From positions 5,272 through 69,271 of the forward strand of contig JABMOI010000004.1 of the NCBI GenBank assembly GCA_013204185.1: a stretch of DNA of 64,000 nucleotides, in the 5' to 3' direction. The notes beneath the pieces were generated by a model. The model saw nothing but the letters and a program-made list of their open reading frames with translations, was not told where the DNA came from and made no database searches. This document shows positions 37,224 to 46,708 of the stretch, one piece after another. A program made the translations under genes and the position numbers. Source of the DNA: a bacterium (GTDB lineage: Bacteria; Bacteroidota; Rhodothermia; Rhodothermales; UBA10348). Position 1 is the first letter of the stretch. Each line of letters starts with the position of its first letter.

Positions 37224-37763
37224 ATGGGAATGATGAAAACCTTGTCTGCCTTGCTACTTGCCTTGAGCCTTGGGCAAACCGGCTGCGCCTCGAGCCACGA
37301 CGCGCAAATGGAAGAGACACACATGAGCGAGACACACGTGAGCGAGAAGCAAATGACCGGGCGCCAGGCTGAGGTCGCCCAGAAAGGAGCCGAAGTCATG
37401 CCATTTAACCTCGACGCGACCACGCACATCTTCGAAAAAACACCCAAAGGTGGTGTGCAGCAAGTCGTTGCAGATTCCAACGACCCCGAACAGGTGCGCC
37501 TCATTCGGGAACACCTCACGGAGATCTCTACAAAGTTTGCAACGGGTAACTTCCACGAACCCGGCATGATTCACGGCCCAGAGATGGCAGGATTACATGA
37601 ACTGATGATGGGGCACGAACGGCTAACGATCACATACCGCGAAATTGAACTGGGAGGAGAAATCCAGTTCTCGAGCGAGGACGCCAAGCTGGTTACAGCC
37701 CTTCACTCGTGGTTTGACCAACAAGTGAGCGATCACGGCGAGCACGCGCAAGATCACCAGTAA
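37224..37763 (+). CDS. lipoprotein of unknown function with His/Met-rich N-terminal linker
   Basis: Signal MGMMKTLSALLLALSLGQTGC. The linker HDAQMEETHMSETHVSEKQM is encoded partly by a 15-bp tandem duplication (37313-37342). Conserved-looking MPFNLDATTHIF...HGPEMAGL...HSWFDQQVSDHGEHA. Confidence 0.6.
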   Translation: MGMMKTLSALLLALSLGQTGCASSHDAQMEETHMSETHVSEKQMTGRQAEVAQKGAEVMPFNLDATTHIFEKTPKGGVQQVVADSNDPEQVRLIREHLTEISTKFATGNFHEPGMIHGPEMAGLHELMMGHERLTITYREIELGGEIQFSSEDAKLVTALHSWFDQQVSDHGEHAQDHQ

Positions 37764-37793
37764 ATGTGAGCGATTCCCATTGATGCTTGGACC

Positions 37794-39671
37794 TTAAACA
37801 GCTTGGGACAAATCTGAGAAAGCCTTTGAATTGAACGCGGCGCGTGCTCTAGGGGGCCTTTTGCTTTCCTGACGCTCAGTTTCAACCTGGACCTCCTCAC
37901 CCAGTAGAATGTCGAAGGGCGATTTGAGAGGTAGCGTGACTACAAATTCACTGCCCACATTCTTTAGACTGGTTAAGCCAATGCTACCGCCCATTTTTGC
38001 CACGAGAAGCCCTACAACAGAGAGGCCTAAGCCCATTCCTGTGTGCGTTCTTGTAATTCCAGAAGACTCCTGTGTGAACGGCTCAAAAATGACTTTTTGA
38101 GCATCGGCTTCAATCCCAATTCCTGTATCCTGGACCACGAATTCAAAGCAAGAATCGTCTTTGACCCTCGTGATGATCCTTATTTCGCCTACATCCGTAA
38201 ACTTGACGGCATTTTCGATGAGGCTTTCGGCAATAATCCGAAACTGATCCTTGTTGATTTTAGGCAAGGTATCTTGCAAACCAGACTGCGTGGTTAGGGT
38301 CACGTTTTTATTTTTAGCCACGGCAGACCAATCAGACGCAAGATCCGCTATTTCTGTATCGACGTTGCACGGCTGAACCTCCGTCTCCAATTGGTCTGAC
38401 AGCAGCGCCGACATACTAATAATTCCATTCAGTGTGCGGAGCAACCGTTGGCTCGACCGTTTTATATGAGAGACCATCTCTAGTTGGTCTTCTTCAACCG
38501 TTTCTTCGAGCAGTTCTGTAAACCCTATGATACCTGCGAGTGGGGTCCGAAACTCGTGACTAATATTGTCGAGCATACTGGTTTGGAATTTATTCGTGGA
38601 CTCAGCCTGCTCCTTCGCTGCGACTAACCTGCTCTCCGTTTCTTGCTCCAACGTGATATCCCGTAAAACAGCGATGCTTCCGACTAATTTTGCACTTTTG
38701 TCGAAAAGTCCATGGGGTGACACCCTGAACTTTTTCTTCAATCCAGAACGGTTCAATATGTTGAGGTCGTAACTTTGACGGCTACCAGCTTGCCTGGCTT
38801 CAAATTGATTATGAACCAGCTGCCTGTTAGCATCATCCAGCAAATCCAGGAAATTGAGGTTGACCAATTCATCTGCCTTGTATCCCAGCTTAGACATAAG
38901 TGTTGGATTTGCGTATTCGATATACTCGTGGTTGTCTAACAGGACCATTCCATCGTTCATCGACTCGACGAGCATCCTGAACCGTTCCTTGCCTTGACGC
39001 AACGATTCTTCCGTTTCAACTCGTTTCGTTATATCCCTCTCGATCACGGAGAAATGGGTGACCTCCCCGTGCTGGTTTAAAATAGGAGTGATATTTATTT
39101 CACCTGTGTAGAGCGATCCGTCCTTGCGTTTGTTTACAAATTCCCCTCGGTACCTCATTCCTGCTAACACAGTGGACCAGAGCTTTTTATAGACCTGCGG
39201 GCTCTGCCTCCCAGATTTGAACAGACTTGGATCGGATCCTATAATTTCGCCAACTGGATATCCTGTCAACTTACTCATTCCCTCATTGGCCCAAATGAAC
39301 GTCCCATCTTTCGTGGTCAATGCCATACCATCGGAAGTAGAGTGAATGGCGCTTGCAAATAGCTGAATGATTCGCTCATCGTCTGGAGAACGATCTCTCT
39401 TAGACTCCATTGCCCACCTTTGGCCTTGCAGAATGAAATAAAGGCCAAAAGACATAACAACAACTTGTACGGCCCAGCCTACGAGGTCAGCTGGGTCCAC
39501 CCAGCCAATCACACTCACTAGGCCGATCGAAGAAGAGGCAGCGGCGAGCAATTGGGATAACCCCAAGCTCTGCCAAATCCACAAAAAGAATGTGGCAAAA
39601 ACCGCCAATATCAGCGCATTGAGGACAAATGACGCGGAAAGTCTAACCCGGGATCGTCCGGTTTTTTTCAT
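37794..39671 (-). CDS. membrane sensor histidine kinase with two PAS domains
   Basis: N-terminal TM helices, two PAS-like segments, H-box SHEFRTPLAGIIGFTELL, and HATPase N/G boxes (DTGIGI, GMGLGLSVV). I prefer ATG 39671 over TTG 39683. Confidence 0.9.
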   Translation of the reverse strand: MKKTGRSRVRLSASFVLNALILAVFATFFLWIWQSLGLSQLLAAASSSIGLVSVIGWVDPADLVGWAVQVVVMSFGLYFILQGQRWAMESKRDRSPDDERIIQLFASAIHSTSDGMALTTKDGTFIWANEGMSKLTGYPVGEIIGSDPSLFKSGRQSPQVYKKLWSTVLAGMRYRGEFVNKRKDGSLYTGEINITPILNQHGEVTHFSVIERDITKRVETEESLRQGKERFRMLVESMNDGMVLLDNHEYIEYANPTLMSKLGYKADELVNLNFLDLLDDANRQLVHNQFEARQAGSRQSYDLNILNRSGLKKKFRVSPHGLFDKSAKLVGSIAVLRDITLEQETESRLVAAKEQAESTNKFQTSMLDNISHEFRTPLAGIIGFTELLEETVEEDQLEMVSHIKRSSQRLLRTLNGIISMSALLSDQLETEVQPCNVDTEIADLASDWSAVAKNKNVTLTTQSGLQDTLPKINKDQFRIIAESLIENAVKFTDVGEIRIITRVKDDSCFEFVVQDTGIGIEADAQKVIFEPFTQESSGITRTHTGMGLGLSVVGLLVAKMGGSIGLTSLKNVGSEFVVTLPLKSPFDILLGEEVQVETERQESKRPPRARAAFNSKAFSDLSQAV

Positions 39672-39897
39672 GGCTCGATACAATTTTACATGATAACATG
39701 CTCCTGTCGGTTAACAGTCTCGTATCGTGGGCACTGTTCTCTTATTATCGCGAAATCGCTTGCAAATTCAACTTCGAATCAAATAATACATAGATCTAAT
39801 TAGATGCCCGTTTTTATGGCATTTCCCCTTATCAATTCTGTTCGTACGTTTCGTCTCTCCGCCATTCTCTATTTTTCTCCTCTTTCTCGTTTCCCGA

Positions 39898-42807
39898 ATG
39901 CATTCAGTAGTTCGAACCTTAGGTTTGATCGGAATCTTTATTGCCACACTTCCGGTGCAAGCCCAGACCTTTACGTCCAACACGGCGGCCTTTGATGCTT
40001 CGTTTAGCGGTGCCTCGGCAACGTCCATCTCCCTGGCGGACTACAACAATGATGGAAGGCTAGATATTTTCTTCCCCGGCGCACTGTACAAACAGGAAGC
40101 GGATGGCACATTTACGAATGTGTTGAAAAACTCGGGCGTGGCCGCTGAGGGCGACCTTCCAAGAGGCGGCGTTTTTGGCGATGCCAATTTGGACGGGTTA
40201 CTTGATCTCCTTCTTTTCGAGGGGGTCCCCGGCAGTCGACTCTATTTGAATAAGACGGGCGGGAAATTTGAGCTTGGAAATGTTCAAGCCAACCTTCAAC
40301 TAACCGGGCCTCCGATCGGCGGATTTTGGCGAGATATGAATGCGGATGGGTGGCTCGATTTTGCCGCGATCTATCGAGGTGGGGATCACGCACTCTATCA
40401 AAGTTTTGCCAATGCCCGGTTCTCGGAGCAAGGAGCCTTTTTCAACTTTAGGTCGGCCCCAAATGTGTGCTCGGTTGCGCCCGGAGACTATGACAACGAT
40501 GGCGATGCAGACGTCTTCGTGGCTGGGTGTACTGCCGCAAACGCGTTACTAGGCCTTTCAGGTACTACTCGAGCGCGTTTTCAGGATAGAGCAGCCCAGG
40601 CTGGTGTAGCAAGTACTCGGCGTTCGCGTGAAGCGGGGTGGTTCGACTATAACAACGATGGGTGGCTTGACCTCATCGTAGCAAATGAGTACCAAGAGCT
40701 TTCCAATTGGGCGGAAAACCTGCTCTACGAAAATCAAACCAATGGTCGTTTTGTAGAGCGAGCTGAAGCGGCGGGCGTATTAGGGCAGCGGCGGCCCGGC
40801 TTGAATGGTCCTCTCGCCATCGCAGACTTTGATAACGACGGGTGGCAAGATATTTACCTCCCAGCGGCGGGCGTAGGAAAACTGTACCACAACAATCAGG
40901 ATGGCACGTTTACCGATGTATACGAATCTGCATTCGGGTTTACGGAAGCGCCTACCGCAATCGGTGTTGGCGACTTCAACAACGACGGGTGGATGGATTT
41001 ATTTGATCCAAATCACGGAATTATCTACAACAACGGCGGTAGCAATAATTGGGTAACCATCGAGGTGAGGGAAGACGTTAAAAACCGGTTTGGAGTCGGC
41101 GCAACGCTGCGTCTTACGGCAAATGGCATCACACAAACTCGGGTTATTGAGGCAGGATCTGGTGGACTAGGGCACGGGGATGTGTTGAAATCACATTTTG
41201 GAATCGGCTCCGCAGTACAGATTGACCAATTAGAAATTGAGTGGCCGATGGGAGCGTCTGAAATTTACACGGACGTAGCCATCAATTCCCACCATGTGTT
41301 TGTTCAAGGACTCGGCCTTAACGTACCTCCATCGTCTTTTACCCAACTTTCCCCTGTTGAAGCTGGTTACGTCGATCCTGCTGTCGAAACCGTCCGCTTT
41401 GAATGGGAGCCCAGTTCAGATACTGAGCCACTGACCTACACACTTAACATTTCTGGAAAGGCACTTTCGCTTTCTTTTCCTGGATTGACAGACACCTTTT
41501 ATGAGTTACCGGCTGCCCTGTTGCCAGACAACCGAGTCTATGAATGGTCTGTATCGGCAACCGATGGGCACTCGGTTCGCTATAGTGGCGAAGAACGGGT
41601 GTTTACCTACGGCCAGCCAGGAAATACAGTCTCTGTGTTCGAGCCTCCTGTCAGCTACAATTTTGGACTTCCAGCGGTGTACGATGGGGTAGCGAAGTTC
41701 ATAGATATGGATCGTGATGGCGATTTGGACCTTCTTTTTGGAGGACAAGGCACCGAAAACGGCGTGCTCTCCATGTACCGTACAGAGAACGTCAACATTC
41801 CGCTTCCCGGCGATGGCGGGGGAAGTTACGTCTTCAAGTCACTCGTGCTCACTCCCATCTATTTGGAGGCCATGCGCTATCCCAAAGTGGCTTTTGGAGA
41901 CATGAATGGAGATCAGTTTCCTGACCTATTGGTTTCGGGAATTTCATCGATCGATCACACAGTAAAATCCAATCTTTACCTAAACGTAGGTGGCGATTTT
42001 CAAGAGGTTACCACCAGCGCAATTCAGCCCGTATGGGGCGGATCTGTTGCGTGGGGCGACCTCGATAACGATGGCGATGAAGACCTCGTTCTGACCGGAT
42101 CAAGTAGTTTAGAGGCGCCTTTCGTTGTGTCCACCACGATCTATGAGAACGATGGTTTTGGAGGATTTACCGTACGGGAAAGCACCCTCCCCGGGGTCAT
42201 GTTTGGGGACATCAGCCTAGCGGATATGGATGGGGATGGGGATCTTGATATCGCTATGACCGGGGATCGTGGAAACGGGAATCTTTTCAGCGACATTTTC
42301 CGAAACGATGGCGCTCAATTCACCGAGCTTTTCCTCGGATTCCCGGGCCTTGTATCAGGCACGGTGGACTGGGCGGACTTCGACCTAGACGGAGACCAAG
42401 ACCTATTGCTGTCCGGCGGCAAGATCAGTCCAGAGCTATTTCGGGGCCAAACCCTTCTATACGTGAATCAAAATGGTTCATTCACCCAACATCCGTTTCC
42501 GTTTGATGGAGTTATGACGGGCGATGCCGTCTGGGGCGACTACGAACAAGATGGGGATCCCGATTTGTTCGTTGCTGGAAGCTCAAAGCCTTTTGGCTTA
42601 CCTGTAGCGCGTCTCTTTCGCAACGAAAATGGACAATTTGCGCCGGAATTAGATCTCATTGGAGTGAGCAACGCCAGCGTTGCCTTTGGAGACTACAACG
42701 GCGATGGCGACCTGGATCTGATTACCATCGGACGAGATGAAGATGGCAAGATTCGCATCAGCTTCTTGATCAATCAGCAGATTCCGGAGTTAATTCCCGG
42801 CCAATAG
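39898..42807 (+). CDS. CRTAC1-family / FG-GAP (VCBS) repeat protein with ASPIC/UnbV domain
   Basis: Signal peptide, many DxNxDGxxD FG-GAP calcium loops (DYNNDGRLD, DMNADGWLD, DYDNDGDAD, DFDNDGWQD, ...), and an UnbV-like FGVGATLRL...IEAGSGGLGHGD...HFGIG. Confidence 0.85.
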   Translation: MHSVVRTLGLIGIFIATLPVQAQTFTSNTAAFDASFSGASATSISLADYNNDGRLDIFFPGALYKQEADGTFTNVLKNSGVAAEGDLPRGGVFGDANLDGLLDLLLFEGVPGSRLYLNKTGGKFELGNVQANLQLTGPPIGGFWRDMNADGWLDFAAIYRGGDHALYQSFANARFSEQGAFFNFRSAPNVCSVAPGDYDNDGDADVFVAGCTAANALLGLSGTTRARFQDRAAQAGVASTRRSREAGWFDYNNDGWLDLIVANEYQELSNWAENLLYENQTNGRFVERAEAAGVLGQRRPGLNGPLAIADFDNDGWQDIYLPAAGVGKLYHNNQDGTFTDVYESAFGFTEAPTAIGVGDFNNDGWMDLFDPNHGIIYNNGGSNNWVTIEVREDVKNRFGVGATLRLTANGITQTRVIEAGSGGLGHGDVLKSHFGIGSAVQIDQLEIEWPMGASEIYTDVAINSHHVFVQGLGLNVPPSSFTQLSPVEAGYVDPAVETVRFEWEPSSDTEPLTYTLNISGKALSLSFPGLTDTFYELPAALLPDNRVYEWSVSATDGHSVRYSGEERVFTYGQPGNTVSVFEPPVSYNFGLPAVYDGVAKFIDMDRDGDLDLLFGGQGTENGVLSMYRTENVNIPLPGDGGGSYVFKSLVLTPIYLEAMRYPKVAFGDMNGDQFPDLLVSGISSIDHTVKSNLYLNVGGDFQEVTTSAIQPVWGGSVAWGDLDNDGDEDLVLTGSSSLEAPFVVSTTIYENDGFGGFTVRESTLPGVMFGDISLADMDGDGDLDIAMTGDRGNGNLFSDIFRNDGAQFTELFLGFPGLVSGTVDWADFDLDGDQDLLLSGGKISPELFRGQTLLYVNQNGSFTQHPFPFDGVMTGDAVWGDYEQDGDPDLFVAGSSKPFGLPVARLFRNENGQFAPELDLIGVSNASVAFGDYNGDGDLDLITIGRDEDGKIRISFLINQQIPELIPGQ

Positions 42808-42865
42808 ACGGAAGTACGTATATTCCGTGCTTTAAAGTTGTCCCAAACCTGATTGAGTAACTCGC

Positions 42866-43747
42866 ATGATCGCAAGTATGACTGGCTTTGGCCGAGGAGA
42901 AGCCGAAGAGAACGGATATGTTGCCACGGTTGAATTACGCTCGGTGAACAGCCGCTACTGCGAAATTAGCCCGCGTACGCCCAAGTCGATTTCGGACAAA
43001 GAGAGTGAGATCCAGCGAACGATCAAGGACGAGTTCGCAAGAGGCCGGATTAGTGTATCCGTTCAAATTGAAGAACCTGTTTCCGAAGTTGCACCCTACC
43101 GCGTGAATGCGGTCGCTGTCAAAAGCTACAAAGATTTGCTGGAGGAAGTGCGACGCGCTGCTGGGATCGAAGAACCCGTCCGTTTGGAGCACATCCTTCG
43201 CTACCCTGATATAATGGAGTCCATCGATCAGCCCGAACCAGAAGACGATTATGCCTGGATTGCGACACAGGCAGCACTCCTAGATGCCTGCAAAGCCATG
43301 CGCGCCATGCGTTTACAGGAAGGAAATGCGCTGCGGAAGGAGTTGGAAGACCGGCTCAACGGAACAGAGGAAAAGCTTCGGGAAGTAGAGCGCCTCGCCC
43401 CTATTCGGGTGGTTTCCACCAAAGAGCGCTTGCAGCAACGCCTCTCTGAAGTGCTGGACGATGGCCGGATTGACCCGGACCGCCTCGAGTTCGAAATGAC
43501 CATGGTGGCAGACAAGTTGGATGTCCGGGAAGAGTGTGTCAGATTAGATTCCCACCTCGTGTTGTTTAGAGAAGCCATCGCTTCGGGCGAACCCGTTGGG
43601 CGGAAGCTAAACTTCTTGGCTCAAGAGATGAACCGCGAAATCAATACGATTGGGTCTAAATCGAACGACGCCGAGATGTCTCATCTGGTGGTGGGAATGA
43701 AAGAGGAACTGGAAAAGATTCGCGAGCAAGTAGAGAATGTTGAATGA
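42866..43747 (+). CDS. yicC: YicC/YloC-family stress-induced protein (endoribonuclease family)
   Basis: MIASMTGFGRGE N-terminus and C-terminal LNFLAQEMNREINTIGSK...EELEKIREQVENVE. Confidence 0.9.
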   Translation: MIASMTGFGRGEAEENGYVATVELRSVNSRYCEISPRTPKSISDKESEIQRTIKDEFARGRISVSVQIEEPVSEVAPYRVNAVAVKSYKDLLEEVRRAAGIEEPVRLEHILRYPDIMESIDQPEPEDDYAWIATQAALLDACKAMRAMRLQEGNALRKELEDRLNGTEEKLREVERLAPIRVVSTKERLQQRLSEVLDDGRIDPDRLEFEMTMVADKLDVREECVRLDSHLVLFREAIASGEPVGRKLNFLAQEMNREINTIGSKSNDAEMSHLVVGMKEELEKIREQVENVE

Positions 43748-44336
43748 CATGGACCAACCGTGCATCATTATCCTCGCGGCTCCAAGTGGATCCGGGAAAA
43801 CAACCATCGCGGCCAGGCTACTAGAAGAACGGCCCTCGATTTCTTTTTCTGTTTCGGCTACGACCAGGGCTCCACGAGCGCATGAAAAATCGGGGGTTCA
43901 TTACCACTTTTTAGATGGGGACGAGTTCGAAAAGCGACGCCAGCGGGGCGAATTGCTAGAATCAGAGGAAGTCTACCCCGGCTGCTGGTATGGCACGCTC
44001 AAAAGCGAGGTCGATAAATCTTCTAGGCACGCGCCCGTACTGCTCGACATCGATGTGATGGGCGCGATTCGGGTGAAGGAGCTCTACAAGGATCAATGCC
44101 TTGCCCTCTTTATTCGGCCCCCATCGCTAGATGAACTAAAAAATCGGTTGTCGAGTAGGGGCACCGAAACAGACGAATCCTTGGCGGAGCGCCTTGGAAA
44201 AGCAAGCCAGGAGCTTTCGGTTTCTGACTCATTCGACTTTGTGGTGGTGAACGACAAGTTGGAGAAAGCAGTTGATGACGTAGTTGGCCTTGTAGACCGC
44301 TTTACTGAGGCAGCTGCGCCAACGAGCCGATCTTAA
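43737..44336 (+). CDS. gmk: guanylate kinase
   Basis: P-loop AAPSGSGKTT, SVSATTRAPR and YHFL. The alternative start ATG 43749 avoids overlap with yicC. Confidence 0.93.
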   Translation: MLNDMDQPCIIILAAPSGSGKTTIAARLLEERPSISFSVSATTRAPRAHEKSGVHYHFLDGDEFEKRRQRGELLESEEVYPGCWYGTLKSEVDKSSRHAPVLLDIDVMGAIRVKELYKDQCLALFIRPPSLDELKNRLSSRGTETDESLAERLGKASQELSVSDSFDFVVVNDKLEKAVDDVVGLVDRFTEAAAPTSRS

Positions 44337-44379
44337 TTCCAATTCATTCGTTGCAGTTAGCTCAACGAATCAGACCCCT

Positions 44380-45606
44380 ATGAACCAACCACAAGCCATG
44401 CCAGCTGCTGCACGCCGTATTTTATTGGGCGTTTCAGGCGGTATTGCGGCATACAAGACAGCTGAATTGGTCCGCTTGTTCAAAAAAGCGGGAGCCGAAG
44501 TGCGTGTGGTTATGACGCCCGACGCTTCGCGTTTCGTTACGCCCTTGACGTTAGGGACGTTGAGCGAGAACGAAGTATTCATCGAGATCTTTCCGGAAAA
44601 TGAATCTGGATCTTGGACGAAACATGTGGCCTTGGGTTTGTGGGCAGACCTCTTTATTGTGGCCCCTGCCACCGCGCAAACGGTGTCTAAACTGGCAAAC
44701 GGCGCCTGCGATTCGATGCTCACCGCCGTTGCCTTGACCGCTCGGTGCCCGCTCTTAGTGTGCCCAGCCATGGATCACGACATGTACATTCATGCCGCGA
44801 CCAAACAGAATCTGGAGACCCTCAAGAGCCGAGGCGTCCATGTAATGGACGCCGAACACGGCTCCCTTGCAAGCGGCCTCATTGGTCAGGGCAGGCTTCC
44901 TGCGCCAGCTTCAATTTTTGAGCGCGCGCTCGCCATGCTGGCCGAGCGCGCCTCCGAGCGACCGGGGCCGTGGAAGGGGAAAAAAGTATTGGTAACGGCG
45001 GGGCCCACAAGAGAAGCTATTGACCCTGTTCGGTACGTATCTAACCACTCAACCGGCACGATGGGCTATGAAATAGCTCGTTCCGCTGCTCGGCGTGGAG
45101 CAGACGTTGTTCTGGTAAGCGGGCCAACTGCCCTACAAACACCTGAGCACGTCCGGCGCGTCGATGTCGTGTCTACCAAGAATATGTACGACGCCGTGAT
45201 GCAGCACCGTGACGCCGACATTGTCATTATGGTTGCTGCGGTTGCAGACTTTACGCCCGCTTCACCGACCACATCCAAAATCAAAAAAACGGACGCATCG
45301 CTCGAACTTCGCCTCGAACCGACCATCGATATTTTGGCCTCTTTTGGCGCGCAGAAGGGCGAGAACCAACTTCTTGTTGGATTTGCCCTTGAAACGGATA
45401 ACGGATTAGAGAATGCCCAGTCCAAATTGAAGCGAAAGCATCTAGATTGGATTGTGTTGAACAACCCAAACGAAGCTGGAGCTGGGTTTGGAACAGGCAC
45501 CAATCGAGTTACGCTCATTGGCAAGGATGGAACTACGGTCGATCTCCCAAAAATGAGCAAGGACGAGGTTTCTGAGGCGATTTTAGAACATCTAGAGCTG
45601 CCGTAA
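44380..45606 (+). CDS. coaBC: bifunctional phosphopantothenoylcysteine decarboxylase / phosphopantothenate-cysteine ligase
   Basis: ILLGVSGGIAAYKTAELVR, PAMDHDMY, VTAGPTREAIDPVRYVSNHSTGTMG, AAVADF. Confidence 0.95.
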   Translation: MNQPQAMPAAARRILLGVSGGIAAYKTAELVRLFKKAGAEVRVVMTPDASRFVTPLTLGTLSENEVFIEIFPENESGSWTKHVALGLWADLFIVAPATAQTVSKLANGACDSMLTAVALTARCPLLVCPAMDHDMYIHAATKQNLETLKSRGVHVMDAEHGSLASGLIGQGRLPAPASIFERALAMLAERASERPGPWKGKKVLVTAGPTREAIDPVRYVSNHSTGTMGYEIARSAARRGADVVLVSGPTALQTPEHVRRVDVVSTKNMYDAVMQHRDADIVIMVAAVADFTPASPTTSKIKKTDASLELRLEPTIDILASFGAQKGENQLLVGFALETDNGLENAQSKLKRKHLDWIVLNNPNEAGAGFGTGTNRVTLIGKDGTTVDLPKMSKDEVSEAILEHLELP

Positions 45607-45756
45607 CACACCTCCTCGCGGAGTGGATAACTCGTGGATGATGGGTGCGGAGATTGTTCGCAAACTTAATAAATCCAGCTGCCGGTTTAAGGTACTTTAA
45701 GAGCATCCAGGCCCCGACCCACACACGACCCAAAGCGTGTCCCTAAAGAGTTCGCC

Positions 45757-46638
45757 TTGTCCACTGATTTAGATCATATTCGTGCCGCTTTCGAGCATCA
45801 CATTGCCTTGTACGGCTCGACGCTGTATGATGAGAACGATAACGCTCACGCGCAAGAGACGACTTCCGAAGCTGTGCCCGAGGTCCTCGCTAAAAACGAA
45901 CCGGTTCCGGACGTCGTCAACGAGCCGGAACCAGTCGCGGAGCGAGTGCCCGAACCAGTGCCTGAGCCCCCCGCAATAAAAAGCCCTGTTCCACCCGCCG
46001 AATCACCCCGTTCAACAACCCAGCCCGATATGTACGAGCGTATTGCCGCCCTTATTCCTTCTGATTCTCCATTGCATGCCATGCAAACCTTGGAGGAGGT
46101 CTCGGACTATGTGGCGCATACCATGCTCATCGAGTTGGATAAGACCCGATTGAATCCTGTGTTTGGCGTGGGAAATCCACAGGCAGATTTACTCGTGATT
46201 GGAGAAGCGCCGGGAGCCGAAGAGGACAAGAAGGGTGAACCATTCGTGGGGCGCGCCGGAAAGCTGTTGACCGATATTTTAGCGGCCATCGGTTTTGAAC
46301 GGTCTGATGTATACATCGCCAACATTTTGAAAAGCCGTCCTCCAAATAATCGGGATCCGTTGCCAGACGAAATCAAGGCTCACGTTCCGATTCTGCACAA
46401 ACAAATTGTGCTGATTCAACCCAAGCTTATTCTCTGTGTAGGCCGGACTTCGGGAACGTCCCTCTTAGGGATTGAGTCAACTCTTGGGGATATGCGAGGC
46501 ATCTTCCATGACTACCATGGCATTCCTGTCATGGTAACGTATCACCCAGCGGCCCTACTCCGGAATTCCAATTGGAAAAGACCAACCTGGGAAGACGTTA
46601 AGCTGCTACGCGCCAAGTACGACGAATTAGTGACTTAG
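45757..46638 (+). CDS. family-4-type uracil-DNA glycosylase homologue with Pro/Glu-rich N-terminal extension and no Fe-S cysteines
   Basis: Core motifs VIGEAPGAEEDKKGEPFVGRAGKLL and TYHPAALLR. TTG start. The first ~115 aa are low-complexity (EPVPDVVNEPEPVAERVPEPVPEPP). Confidence 0.8.
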   Translation: MSTDLDHIRAAFEHHIALYGSTLYDENDNAHAQETTSEAVPEVLAKNEPVPDVVNEPEPVAERVPEPVPEPPAIKSPVPPAESPRSTTQPDMYERIAALIPSDSPLHAMQTLEEVSDYVAHTMLIELDKTRLNPVFGVGNPQADLLVIGEAPGAEEDKKGEPFVGRAGKLLTDILAAIGFERSDVYIANILKSRPPNNRDPLPDEIKAHVPILHKQIVLIQPKLILCVGRTSGTSLLGIESTLGDMRGIFHDYHGIPVMVTYHPAALLRNSNWKRPTWEDVKLLRAKYDELVT

Positions 46639-46708
46639 CGCAGAACTGACCTGTTTCCTCTGGCCTTTCTTCTCGCCCCAAACACGTTTTGAACATCGAC
46701 ACCGAGCA

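Noticed and set aside
43737-45606. Looked for an rpoZ (omega subunit) gene, often found between gmk and coaBC
   Set aside because: The gmk-coaBC gap is only 43 nt and there is no suitable small ORF. This absence is common outside Proteobacteria and is not treated as a finding.
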